DNA of 61,244 nucleotides from a virus (Duplodnaviria; Caudoviricetes): IMG/VR virus record IMGVR_UViG_3300034170_000071, positions 1 to 61,244 of that record; one strand, 5' to 3'. Shown piece by piece: positions 37,697 to 47,151 of this stretch (position 1 is its first letter; each line of letters starts with the position of its first letter). The notes under the pieces were generated by a model. It saw only the letters and a program-made list of their open reading frames with translations, ran no database searches and was not told where the DNA came from. The position numbers and the translations under genes were made by a program.

Positions 37697-40452
37697 TGAA
37701 ACTCGAATTGGCTTTGGCCGCCGTGTCCATGAAAACGGCATTGAAATACCGCCGCAATTGGAACCACAAAGCTCCAATTGTGAAGCTGCTACAAAACCTG
37801 ATGCCAGCGGGGCCGGGACGCAAAGGCTACCGCCTGTATTTCGATATCGGCACCAATCACAAAAACCACTACACGATTCCGCCTGCCGTGCGCTCTGCAT
37901 TGCAAAAAGCAGGCTTCGTTGCCACCGATTATCTGGCGAAGAAATGCGTCAAGATCGCTGACAAGGATCAGAAAAACGTTTTCAATATCGGCAAGGTAAT
38001 CGGTAAAGATCCACACGCGAAAATGGCGTTCGACAATGATCCACAATTGCAGAACACTAAACAGGGTGCAATGCAGGTTGTAATCAGCTGTCACCCATAC
38101 GACATTATCGGCATGAGTACCGGGCGTGACTGGGACAAAATGTCGTGCATGCGCCTCGCTGACGGTGAACACCGATTCAACCCCGGTTCGAACCAGCATT
38201 ACGTGCGCAATGACGTGTCAGAAGGTACGTTGGTTGCTTACGTGGTTTCTGCCGACGATCAGAACATCCAGAAGCCGAAAGCCCGCTGCTTGCTGAAGCC
38301 GTTTTACAACGACGAAGGCCAAGTGTTGTACCGTCGTGAAACCACTGTTTACGGCAACCCGGTTCCCGGTTTCGATTTGATCCTTTCGCGTTTTCTGCGC
38401 AAGATCAATCAGAACATTCCGGAAGGCACTTTCAAAATGCCTAACAACCTGTACAACGATGGCATGGGCACCGAGCATTACCACAACGCATCCGACGACG
38501 ATAACCTGTCGATCCGTGATGTAGTGATGGATACCGCGCAGGCTGTGCAATTCGTACAGCAGCAATTGGCCGCAATGACCGATGATGCAACACGTGACAA
38601 GCATTCTGAAAACATCATTGAATTCCTGAATGATGAATCGGTGGAAACCCGTCTGAAAGAAACGCAGATTGACGAAATTGTCGAGGCGTTGAAAGGCACC
38701 AAGGCAGTGGTTAACGGCATTCATTTGCTGGCCTACAAAAATAAACCGCTGACCTCTGCACTGGCGGAAGTCGGGCGCCGCATTGGCTCATTCGACAAAA
38801 CCAAAGGATTTAAACCGGAAGTTTTGAGAGCGCTGGACGACGACAAAGTTCACGACCTTTCCTACGGTGGTGGCAACCCAGTAATCGAAGCGCTTAGCCG
38901 CGTAGAAACTTTGAGCGATCACGAACTACGTAATAACACTCGCATTTTCAAAATGATCCTGACGGGTAAAGCCCCAGTCCCATCGAAAGCAGAGCTGGAA
39001 GCATTGCCAAATTGCGCACGTATTTTGAATACTGCTGCGCATGCTGCCCGCCATATGACAATGTTCGGTGACGACTCGATGCAGAAAGGCGCGTATGCCA
39101 TTCTCGACCTCGGAATCGACGTTGAAAACCCAATCTGGTGGGGAGCGGATGCATCCGACATGATGTATGCAACGGGCGGTGTGAATCTGTTCCTTAGCTA
39201 CGTGATGGATAACCCCGGCAAATTGAGTTCGGATGCATTGTGGGCGTGTGACCCGTATGTGACTGCGCAGGCCTTGGCGAATCGCCGTGTATTCCGTTAC
39301 ATCGACAAGATGGAAGACCGTCAAATTTCGTACATGATGGATCACGTGAAACTGGAACAACTCAAACTGATTTTGACCAGTCCGTTTTCTGCGCAGAACT
39401 TCAAAGACAACAAAGCCGCGCTCGTTAAATACCTCGACGAAAACACCGAAGTAATCAACACCATTTTGGACAACTGGGAACCTAAGAACGTTAAAGCTCT
39501 GGCGGACTACCACTTGCCTGCCGTGATGCATTTGACTGACAACGGTATCATTTTCGGTTCGCAAATGGCTGATACCATTCAGGCTCTCATTCCGCCTGTG
39601 ATGGCGTGGACAGGACCGAAACTGAATCCAGAAACGGTGGATATCGAGAACGCAATTCAGTACATGGTGCAGGCCGGTAATCTGCTGGATAAACCGCTGC
39701 ATTTGGAACGCAAATTCGACGAAGACTATTTCGAACTACGTGACATTACCGACGTTGCCGATCACTTCCGCGATACGTGGGCAAACAAGCGTCACAGCCG
39801 CACCGATTCGTTCCCGTCGCTGATGAACAAACTGGATTTCGACGGCCAGCGTCCGGACATTTCGCATTCCAATGAATTAATGGATCATTTGGGCGCCGAT
39901 GCGTTCGGTTGGGTTCCTACCGAGAAACTACCGGGTGAAGTTCCAAACTTCCTGAAAATGGTTCGCGGCATGGAATTGGAGCCCGCGATTAGCGCCCTGT
40001 ACAGTCTGGTTAATGCCACAAGCCTGTTGCCTCTTGTGGATATCGAGGCGGGTATTGAAAACCGCATGAATGATCTGGAAATCGGCTATCCAGATGAGGA
40101 CGAAATGGACCCAGACGATTTCGCAGAGGCCATGGAGCTTTACGACGAAAAGCGCACGGAAATCGAAGATTCTTTGGCCGAAGACAATATCAAAATCATT
40201 CGTCTAAATCAGAAGCTGGTTGGTGCCCTCGAAAAGATTAAAGATTTCGTAGGCTTTGATGAGGACGCCGAGTATTGGGACGAAGACGCGCCAAACGATC
40301 CGTTCAACGCGGATATGGCAGACGTTACAGAATCCGATTACGAAGACCATGCACAGGCCCTGCGCGACCTGCGTGCTGAATTGAAAACCGAATGGGAATC
40401 CCGCCCTGATGCACTTCAGGAAATGATTAGCGACTCGGGTTTCAGTGATTAA
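37696..40452 (+). CDS. modular paralog B (tag MKLELALAA)
   Basis: Same N domain; unique acidic C-terminal region. Confidence 0.85.
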   Translation: MKLELALAAVSMKTALKYRRNWNHKAPIVKLLQNLMPAGPGRKGYRLYFDIGTNHKNHYTIPPAVRSALQKAGFVATDYLAKKCVKIADKDQKNVFNIGKVIGKDPHAKMAFDNDPQLQNTKQGAMQVVISCHPYDIIGMSTGRDWDKMSCMRLADGEHRFNPGSNQHYVRNDVSEGTLVAYVVSADDQNIQKPKARCLLKPFYNDEGQVLYRRETTVYGNPVPGFDLILSRFLRKINQNIPEGTFKMPNNLYNDGMGTEHYHNASDDDNLSIRDVVMDTAQAVQFVQQQLAAMTDDATRDKHSENIIEFLNDESVETRLKETQIDEIVEALKGTKAVVNGIHLLAYKNKPLTSALAEVGRRIGSFDKTKGFKPEVLRALDDDKVHDLSYGGGNPVIEALSRVETLSDHELRNNTRIFKMILTGKAPVPSKAELEALPNCARILNTAAHAARHMTMFGDDSMQKGAYAILDLGIDVENPIWWGADASDMMYATGGVNLFLSYVMDNPGKLSSDALWACDPYVTAQALANRRVFRYIDKMEDRQISYMMDHVKLEQLKLILTSPFSAQNFKDNKAALVKYLDENTEVINTILDNWEPKNVKALADYHLPAVMHLTDNGIIFGSQMADTIQALIPPVMAWTGPKLNPETVDIENAIQYMVQAGNLLDKPLHLERKFDEDYFELRDITDVADHFRDTWANKRHSRTDSFPSLMNKLDFDGQRPDISHSNELMDHLGADAFGWVPTEKLPGEVPNFLKMVRGMELEPAISALYSLVNATSLLPLVDIEAGIENRMNDLEIGYPDEDEMDPDDFAEAMELYDEKRTEIEDSLAEDNIKIIRLNQKLVGALEKIKDFVGFDEDAEYWDEDAPNDPFNADMADVTESDYEDHAQALRDLRAELKTEWESRPDALQEMISDSGFSD

Positions 40453-40455
40453 AAC

Positions 40456-40467
40456 GGTAATTTTATA
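40456..40467 (+). promoter_or_regulatory. candidate late promoter motif GGTAATTTTATA
   Basis: Exact copy of the 12-mer at 9556; intergenic. Confidence 0.45.
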
Positions 40468-40476
40468 GTATGTTAC

Positions 40477-40511
40477 GCCGGGTTGGTTTAGGCTAATCCG
40501 GCTTTCTTTTT
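40477..40511 (+). terminator. intrinsic terminator-like hairpin
   Basis: GCCGGGTTGG-TTTAGG-CTAATCCGGC-TTTCTTTTT (with G-U pairs). Confidence 0.65.
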
Positions 40512-40525
40512 ATGGATCAAAAGAC

Positions 40526-43195
40526 ATGCTAATTGACTTGGCTTTTATTGGCACAGCAGCGGTTTCAATGCGGAGTGCTTTGAAGTACCGCCGCAACTGG
40601 GATAAGAACGGCCCGACCGTTCAACTACTTCGCAAATTTATGCCGCGTGGTTCCAAAGGGTTCCGCGTTTATACGCCCATTGGGCACGCACACGCAATCA
40701 GCGCAATCAATATTCCGTTGCCTGTTCGTTTGGCCGTCCGCAAAGCTGGTTTCCGTATCACGGATTATCTGGCGAAGAAATGCGTAAAGCTGAACGATAA
40801 AGATCAGAGAAACGTGTTCAATATTGGTAAGGTTATTTCCAAGGATGCTGTGGCTAAAGCCGCATTCGACAATGACCCACAATTGCAGAACAGTTCCACC
40901 GCCGAATTTACGCTGGTTGTGTCCTGTCACCCGTATGACATTATCGGTATGTCTACTGGCCGCGACTGGGATGAAACCAGCTGCATGCGCATGAAAGATT
41001 ATCGCGATAAAACAAACGATGGTTCTAACATTCGCTACCTAGAACACGACGTGGCGGAAGGTACTTTAGTTGCCTACGCAATTCGCAGTGAAGACACCAA
41101 CATTGAAAAACCGTTGGGCCGCTGCCTATTGAAACCTTTCCTGCGCGACGATGATTCAGGGACGATTTTCTACCGCCGTGAAACCGACGTATACGGCAAC
41201 CCAGTTCCGGGCATGTCCGAGACGCTGGCACGCTTCCTGCGCAAACTGAATGCCGGTGTGCCTGCTGGTATTTACAAACGCAACGAAAAACTCTACGACG
41301 ACGGCGTGGGGGATCAAGCTGAAAACGAAGGATCTTCTGACGACAATTCGATTGATTGGTCGATGGTTGACGATCAGCAGAAATTGCGCGAACGTCCTGA
41401 ATTGTTTGTGGATTTCGCAAGCTATTTGGTGAAACGGAATAAGGAGGGGGTTACAGACGCAAACGTCGTGATCAATATCCTGATCGACCATGCGAAAACA
41501 ATCGACGCCCGTTTCGTTAAGCCCGTTGCCCGTCTAATCGCGCAGCCTAAATTTGCTGCTGCTTTCTTCGAGCATGCAGCCGCTACCTTTGCCGATTCAG
41601 ACAGTGAGGCGATTGCGAAATTCATGCAATCCCGTGACCTGCGCCATGCGGTTAAGCGTGCGGAAAAGGAAAGTGGAGAGGCGCCGGATTCGTACCTATC
41701 GCTTTCGTTCCTCAGTCCTGCACACGCACACCGTTATTTCCTGCGTGAAGTGAAGCACAACGAGGATAACCTGAATTTCGCAGCACTTAGCGCCGCGTGT
41801 GGTACTGCGCATTTGAATGCCAAGGATATCGAGTCGATTCCGCAGCTGCATAAATACGTGTGGAAATATGCGGAGTTAATTCGCGAAGGTTCCGTGTATG
41901 GTTCGAAAACATTCCAAGAATCCGCGCACCGTATCCTTTCCACCGTGAAGCCATACGTCGGCCCCTACGAATCGTCAGATATTGAAGACATTGGGGAGAC
42001 ACTGGCCGAGGATAAAGACCTCTACAAAGCGCTGGTCGCTTGGTACATCAACTCGATCACCAACAACAAAGACAATTCCACCACCACGAATATTCTGACG
42101 AACATTATCGGTTATCGCCGGTTCTACCGGATGCTGAAAGATCGCCGCGTTCGTAAGCGTTTGCTGGGCCTGAAAAACATTCCAGAAGACGCCCGCGCAA
42201 TTATCGTTCGCGCTATCGGTGGTATCTTTGGTGATCATGACGACCGCGATGCACAGAGTATTCAGCGCGAATTGATTACGCACATTAAGCGCAATCCGAT
42301 GGACTGCCTTTCGTTCGAAACGTACATGGAAATCCTATCGAATGCGGACCTGCTTTATCCGTATATCTGGTTTTCCAATGAAAACGAAATCAATACCGAA
42401 ACCGTTGAACGTTTCCTGCACCGTGCGACAACCCTGCGTAATGCAGCGGCTGAATTTCCGTTTGCCGTTCCGCTCAACGAATGGCAAGAACGCATTTTCC
42501 GTGTGGCAAAAACCTTTGCACTGGTAATTGGCGAGCCTACCGCCGAAGACCAAGAGAATATGCAGGTTGACCCGGCAGTAATGGATATTCTGGTCAAACA
42601 GGGCGGCCTCATGCGTGCCTTGGGTCACTACCGGGTAAACCTTGCCGATTACCCGCAATTGTTGAACGCGGCTACTTATTCCAGTGCAGGCGTGTATCCG
42701 TATGACCTGATCGCAGACGACGACGGCGCGGCGTTTATCCAGAGCCTCAACGGTAAAGACTTGGACGCTACCGCTAGCCTGTTGGGCGCTATGGCCGCAG
42801 ACTTCGGTTCGTTCGGTGTGCCAGTCAGCGCAGCCGCTGGAATGAATCGCGTACTTACCGATATTGCCGCCCCTAAAAAGATCGGTGATTTGGTTCAGGC
42901 AACTCCGGAATATGCGGTGAAACGTTTCAATCTTTTTATCGACGCGATTCGTAAAACTGATCGTTTCATTGCGAAGTTTCCGGAAAACGGTACGCTCGCA
43001 GATTGGCAGAAAGTATTGCCGCAAATGGATGAACAGCACGTCGCACAATTCAACGAGCTTTCCGAGCGCATGCGTAAGGAATCGAAGAGCGTCAAACCTG
43101 TCGCGCAGATGTTTATTATGTTCGCGCATGGCGAAGCTAAGGACGCCCTGAAAGCTGTCATTCCGCCCGACTGGCTGACGATTGAGGATTTGTAA
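40526..43195 (+). CDS. modular paralog C (variant tag MLIDLAFIGTAA)
   Basis: N domain very similar to paralog B (ALKYRRNW, TDYLAKKCVK, AFDNDPQLQN); unique C domain. Confidence 0.85.
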   Translation: MLIDLAFIGTAAVSMRSALKYRRNWDKNGPTVQLLRKFMPRGSKGFRVYTPIGHAHAISAINIPLPVRLAVRKAGFRITDYLAKKCVKLNDKDQRNVFNIGKVISKDAVAKAAFDNDPQLQNSSTAEFTLVVSCHPYDIIGMSTGRDWDETSCMRMKDYRDKTNDGSNIRYLEHDVAEGTLVAYAIRSEDTNIEKPLGRCLLKPFLRDDDSGTIFYRRETDVYGNPVPGMSETLARFLRKLNAGVPAGIYKRNEKLYDDGVGDQAENEGSSDDNSIDWSMVDDQQKLRERPELFVDFASYLVKRNKEGVTDANVVINILIDHAKTIDARFVKPVARLIAQPKFAAAFFEHAAATFADSDSEAIAKFMQSRDLRHAVKRAEKESGEAPDSYLSLSFLSPAHAHRYFLREVKHNEDNLNFAALSAACGTAHLNAKDIESIPQLHKYVWKYAELIREGSVYGSKTFQESAHRILSTVKPYVGPYESSDIEDIGETLAEDKDLYKALVAWYINSITNNKDNSTTTNILTNIIGYRRFYRMLKDRRVRKRLLGLKNIPEDARAIIVRAIGGIFGDHDDRDAQSIQRELITHIKRNPMDCLSFETYMEILSNADLLYPYIWFSNENEINTETVERFLHRATTLRNAAAEFPFAVPLNEWQERIFRVAKTFALVIGEPTAEDQENMQVDPAVMDILVKQGGLMRALGHYRVNLADYPQLLNAATYSSAGVYPYDLIADDDGAAFIQSLNGKDLDATASLLGAMAADFGSFGVPVSAAAGMNRVLTDIAAPKKIGDLVQATPEYAVKRFNLFIDAIRKTDRFIAKFPENGTLADWQKVLPQMDEQHVAQFNELSERMRKESKSVKPVAQMFIMFAHGEAKDALKAVIPPDWLTIEDL

Positions 43196-43621
43196 ATGGA
43201 ACTTTTCATTGCGTTGGCCGCAGAGGATGTGGGCGCACGGATTTCTGATGGTGTGCGTACCATCCTGAAAAAGTCGTACAGTTCGTTGTTCGCAAACGTG
43301 TTTGTGCGTGTGTACGATATTGAGGACCGCAGTAAATCGGATATCACAATCGTAAAGGAAATGGAAAAGGAATATGCGCCGGTAATGGTGGCGGTCGAGA
43401 ATGCTATTCACGATAATGTGGTATTCATTTTCGCTGTACCAGTTCGGGCGCCTATGCTGCACATGACCAATTCCCCACTGGCATACGCAATTCACGGCAA
43501 CAAAATCGACAGTTTCAAACTTGAGTCGCGTGTTGTACAGGTGCGCGGTGCTGATTACGCAATCGCTGCCACTATTGCGCGCCGGACGCCAAACTTTATT
43601 GATATCGGAATCTCCAAATAA
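43196..43621 (+). CDS. hypothetical protein with tag MELFIALAA
   Basis: Abuts the previous stop (TAAATG). Confidence 0.8.
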   Translation: MELFIALAAEDVGARISDGVRTILKKSYSSLFANVFVRVYDIEDRSKSDITIVKEMEKEYAPVMVAVENAIHDNVVFIFAVPVRAPMLHMTNSPLAYAIHGNKIDSFKLESRVVQVRGADYAIAATIARRTPNFIDIGISK

Positions 43622-43842
43622 TGGAAATACTGATCGCTTTGGCGCGTGCCGGGTCAGCTGAACGATGGGACGCCTTGCCTAGTGTACGTTTCGACCGTGC
43701 AAAGAAGGGGCGCCCGTTGGATGCTGACGGAACGATTAAAAAGAAACGCCGTAGAAAACTGAAAAGTGGACTGATCGACACGCCGTTAAAAGGCGCAGAG
43801 AAACGGCAAATGGATATTCAGGACACGGTTAGATGCCCGTGA
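43621..43842 (+). CDS. small basic protein with tag MEILIALAR
   Basis: TAATG-coupled; KKKRRRKLK. Confidence 0.75.
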   Translation: MEILIALARAGSAERWDALPSVRFDRAKKGRPLDADGTIKKKRRRKLKSGLIDTPLKGAEKRQMDIQDTVRCP

Positions 43843-43849
43843 GGTAGTT

Positions 43850-44113
43850 ATGCCAAAACTGACAATTAAAGGCCGTGCAAAACAAACGGACGGCGTACAA
43901 AACCCGGAACATGATGGCTCTCGCATCTTGCGTTGGGAAGACGACGACAAAATGATGCGCGATGTACCGAAGGCTAAAAAGGCTTCGCTGCTGAAAGACC
44001 GCACACGTTCCGGGCAGCAAGGCGCAATGGCTTTCCCGCACGATTACATCGACAAAATGCACGTGTCCAAATCCAATTGGTTGGGCCGTCTTGAGCGTGG
44101 GCGCCAACGGTGA
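43850..44113 (+). CDS. small basic hypothetical protein
   Basis: GAGGT RBS. Confidence 0.7.
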   Translation: MPKLTIKGRAKQTDGVQNPEHDGSRILRWEDDDKMMRDVPKAKKASLLKDRTRSGQQGAMAFPHDYIDKMHVSKSNWLGRLERGRQR

Positions 44114-44862
44114 CAGAGATAATCATTGACGGCTTCGCCTGCGACAACGAAGACAAAGGACCAGTCGAATCGACCGGTGATTTTCGTGCAATATTTGGCG
44201 ACCCCTTCAAAGACTTTCGGGCTATGACTGCGCCCAAGAACCAGTGGCAAGAAATTGAAATTGATTTGAATCCAATTCCAACCCCAAATCCGTTTTCGCC
44301 GGAAAGTTTCGAGCAAACTTTTCAGCAGGTTTCTAAACCACGTGTAAAAGGTATCGGTGAAGACTGGTTCCGCAACCTGCTGCGTAGTGGTCTACATAAC
44401 GCGGAGCGCAACAAAGAAATCAATCAGAAACGTGCGGAATTGTCGCAGGACGATTTTACGAAATGGTTGGATAGCGCTTATCGCGACGGTAGCGTGGGTG
44501 ATGAACCGAAGTTCACCAAACACAATATGGAAGTGGCCTATCAGGCAGGTGCTGCGAAGAACATCGCAACGGCAAGTGATCCAACGTCGAAGCAGCAACA
44601 TGGCGATCATAAAACCGACATTAAAATTGCGGAGAAAACTAAAACTTCGCAAGATCACAAGATGAAAAAGCAGCGGGCTTTGCAGGCGGCAATCAAACGG
44701 CTGGCCGCAATTAACGGCAAGCGTCCGAAAGATCCAACCAAGATAAAGGCGTGGTCTGATCGTCGGCAAGCGCTGGTGAAACAGATTCAGGAAAAGCGCG
44801 AATCAATTCGTTTTTCTGACAAGCGCGTTTCAGGACTACGGGAGGAACGCCGTGGAAATTGA
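44110..44862 (+). CDS. hypothetical protein, acidic N half and basic coiled-coil C half
   Basis: GTGA-coupled; internal NIATAS at the junction of the two halves. Confidence 0.7.
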   Translation: MTEIIIDGFACDNEDKGPVESTGDFRAIFGDPFKDFRAMTAPKNQWQEIEIDLNPIPTPNPFSPESFEQTFQQVSKPRVKGIGEDWFRNLLRSGLHNAERNKEINQKRAELSQDDFTKWLDSAYRDGSVGDEPKFTKHNMEVAYQAGAAKNIATASDPTSKQQHGDHKTDIKIAEKTKTSQDHKMKKQRALQAAIKRLAAINGKRPKDPTKIKAWSDRRQALVKQIQEKRESIRFSDKRVSGLREERRGN

Positions 44863-45238
44863 AATGGAGTTTAAACAGCCTAGCGCGCTAGAACTCAGCA
44901 CCTTGAGTAATCTGGCTTCCATGCTCACCGAGTTCATGCCCGACTGGACAGTTAATTACGTGCGCTGTGAAACGCCTGTCGATCTACGGGATTTCTTCCT
45001 GAATGGTCGCATGTTTAATCGCGCAACGTTCCAAATGTTCCGGTACGATCAGGAATTCTTCGTACATGTGGACTTCCGCGATGCCGTGGAAATCTACGTG
45101 GTTCAAAAGCGATTGTCGGAAGTTATCCGGCGTAAACTTTACATTGTGGATAGGCCGGATAGCCTGAAACTTTTCCGCATAATTACCGATGAATTGGAGA
45201 CTGCCACCAATGGCTATAAAGAAACCCAAGCCGATTAA
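44852..45238 (+). CDS. hypothetical protein
   Basis: GGAGGA RBS before GTG. Confidence 0.7.
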   Translation: MEIEMEFKQPSALELSTLSNLASMLTEFMPDWTVNYVRCETPVDLRDFFLNGRMFNRATFQMFRYDQEFFVHVDFRDAVEIYVVQKRLSEVIRRKLYIVDRPDSLKLFRIITDELETATNGYKETQAD

Positions 45239-45650
45239 AAAGGCTGTTAAGAAATCGGGCAAGAAACCAAAGGTCAGTGCTGTCGCGGCCCGTGCGCGTA
45301 AACTCGGTTTGACCTCGCACGGTTATGGCCGGTGGGGTAAGAATGGGCGCATCACGCACCGCACGACCGGCAATAAACTGGTCGAGGTGAAGGACAGCAA
45401 ACACAACCGCGTAATGACCAAAGAAGGCCGGGACAAAGCAAAAACCATCCTCGCTAAAATGGGTCAGGAACACACGCAAAAAATGGTGAAAATCAAAATG
45501 GCCCTCAAGAAAGCTGAAGGCCGTGACGATAAAGAAGCCGTCGCCAATCTGAAACAGCTGCTTGCCAAGTCCCAAAAGGAAATGGAAAAAGCACGGGAAC
45601 GTACTTTGAAACTGCACGGTCGCCCGAAGAAACCGGCAGGCGCCGCGTAA
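45210..45650 (+). CDS. highly basic protein (possible DNA-binding/head core protein)
   Basis: GGAG RBS; Lys-rich; ARKLGL...GYGRW...G.ITH...G.KL. Confidence 0.7.
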   Translation: MAIKKPKPIKKAVKKSGKKPKVSAVAARARKLGLTSHGYGRWGKNGRITHRTTGNKLVEVKDSKHNRVMTKEGRDKAKTILAKMGQEHTQKMVKIKMALKKAEGRDDKEAVANLKQLLAKSQKEMEKARERTLKLHGRPKKPAGAA

Positions 45651-45660
45651 CAACACCAGA

Positions 45661-45708
45661 AACGAAAAAAGCCCCGTTTCCTTAATTGGATTCGGGGCTT
45701 TTTTCGTT
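45661..45708. terminator. bidirectional intrinsic terminator between convergent operons
   Basis: AACGAAAAAAGCCCCG...CGGGGCTTTTTTCGTT. Confidence 0.92.
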
Positions 45709-45709
45709 T

Positions 45710-46012
45710 CTACTCGACGATCAGTGCAGACTTTTCAACGAGCCGGATATAACACTCGGTGCCACGCGCGTGCTGTGTAGGGTGAATGAACATGTGCAGC
45801 GTTTCCATGTGACGTGGAATGCCGTGTTCATTTCCCAAATAAACGTGATCACCGAAATCGAAATCAGGGCACCAGTCCAAGATCAGCGCCTTCAATTTCT
45901 CGGCCACTTCCGGCGTACTGCGAAACGTCAAATTGCGACGATCCAACAGAGCCGTAAATGATTTAATGAGCTTTCCGTCTTCGAGGATTTGATGCGTAGG
46001 AAGTAATTCCAT
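45710..46012 (-). CDS. hypothetical protein
   Basis: AGGAG RBS; YLGNEHGIP. Confidence 0.7.
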   Translation of the reverse strand: MELLPTHQILEDGKLIKSFTALLDRRNLTFRSTPEVAEKLKALILDWCPDFDFGDHVYLGNEHGIPRHMETLHMFIHPTQHARGTECYIRLVEKSALIVE

Positions 46013-46019
46013 AAGTCTC

Positions 46020-46340
46020 CTAGAGTTCGATCCGCCCGCAACAGCTGATGATCAGAGTCTGGCCGTGATCGCTTCCGCTGGTGATAACCACGTCGTTAGA
46101 GCGTAGCGCATAATTACCCGTTACCAAGTTGCGGAATTCGTTGTCGCTGAACGCAATGCAGTTGTCGAATTGCTTCGTGAAATCTGCATGAGTATCCAGC
46201 TTACCGCTTACGTACATTACCACAGGAATACGTGCCGACATGGTGCGAAACATTTCGTCGATTTGATCAATGCTCAACGCATCGGATTGGAAAACCGTTT
46301 TGTACGTGTCGATTTTCTTCACGTCGTTCAAAATACTCAC
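46020..46340 (-). CDS. hypothetical protein
   Basis: Overlap-coupled to DHFR. Confidence 0.7.
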   Translation of the reverse strand: MSILNDVKKIDTYKTVFQSDALSIDQIDEMFRTMSARIPVVMYVSGKLDTHADFTKQFDNCIAFSDNEFRNLVTGNYALRSNDVVITSGSDHGQTLIISCCGRIEL

Positions 46341-46858
46341 ATCAAATACTCCGTCACGTTGTAGCGTTCATGTTCTGCAACCGTTTTCCATTCCAGCCGG
46401 TTGACCATTATGTGGTGGAAGAACGACGGATGCACTTTCGCATCACAATCGAACACATCGTGAATATGCGTCACGCGGATTTTCTGCGCACGCATGCGGG
46501 CGTCCTGAATCAGGCGCACACCACCGATAACCCACGCCCATTCTTTCTGCGTGCTTTCGCAAATTACGGTCGCGATTTGAATTGCTTCTTCGAGCGATTT
46601 GGCAACGAAGAAATTCTCGCCACGGCGGATCGACGGAACCACGAAACTTTCACCCGGTGCAGAAGTGACCACGATATGCGGGCGACCGGGAAGCATACGC
46701 CCACCGAAAGATTCCCACGTCTTGCGGCCCATGATCATAGGCTGGCCCATCGTTTGTTCTTTGAACTGCTGCAAATCCCCCGGAAAGTGCCACGGCATTT
46801 TACCGTCTTTGCCGATACCACCGTCTTCGTCACACGCGAAAATAATGCCGAGTTTCAT
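46337..46858 (-). CDS. frd: dihydrofolate reductase
   Basis: IFACDEDGGIGKDGKMPWHFPGDLQQFKEQT, IMGRKTWES, LPGR, VIGG, CDA. Confidence 0.95.
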   Translation of the reverse strand: MKLGIIFACDEDGGIGKDGKMPWHFPGDLQQFKEQTMGQPMIMGRKTWESFGGRMLPGRPHIVVTSAPGESFVVPSIRRGENFFVAKSLEEAIQIATVICESTQKEWAWVIGGVRLIQDARMRAQKIRVTHIHDVFDCDAKVHPSFFHHIMVNRLEWKTVAEHERYNVTEYLM

Positions 46859-47151
46859 TTCAGAATCTCCGGATTAATTTGGCCCACGAAAATGTCACCG
46901 GCATGCTGATTGATCGGGCGCTTTACACGCACGTGAATCATGCCGCGTTGCATATTGGCAGGCGTGGATTTAGGCACCTCGAATTCCTCCGAAATATTCT
47001 TCCGGAAAATCTCAACCGTTGCAGGTGCGCCGCTAACTTCCACCACGTACAGCTTGGAATTGCACAGGGTGCGCAGTAAATGCTGCGTAGCGTCGATTAC
47101 AGGCTGGCGCGGATTTTTGAATGGGCTGGGGCGTTCGTCTTGTTCCCTCAT
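46855..47151 (-). CDS. hypothetical protein
   Basis: ATGA-coupled chain. Confidence 0.7.
   Translation of the reverse strand: MREQDERPSPFKNPRQPVIDATQHLLRTLCNSKLYVVEVSGAPATVEIFRKNISEEFEVPKSTPANMQRGMIHVRVKRPINQHAGDIFVGQINPEILK

Noticed and set aside
29208-43842. Reading the MEIxIALAA tag as a Sec signal peptide (A-x-A resembles a signal peptidase I site)
   Set aside because: The hydrophobic stretch is only ~6-7 residues, residue 2 is often acidic, and cargo such as topoisomerase IB must act in the cytoplasm
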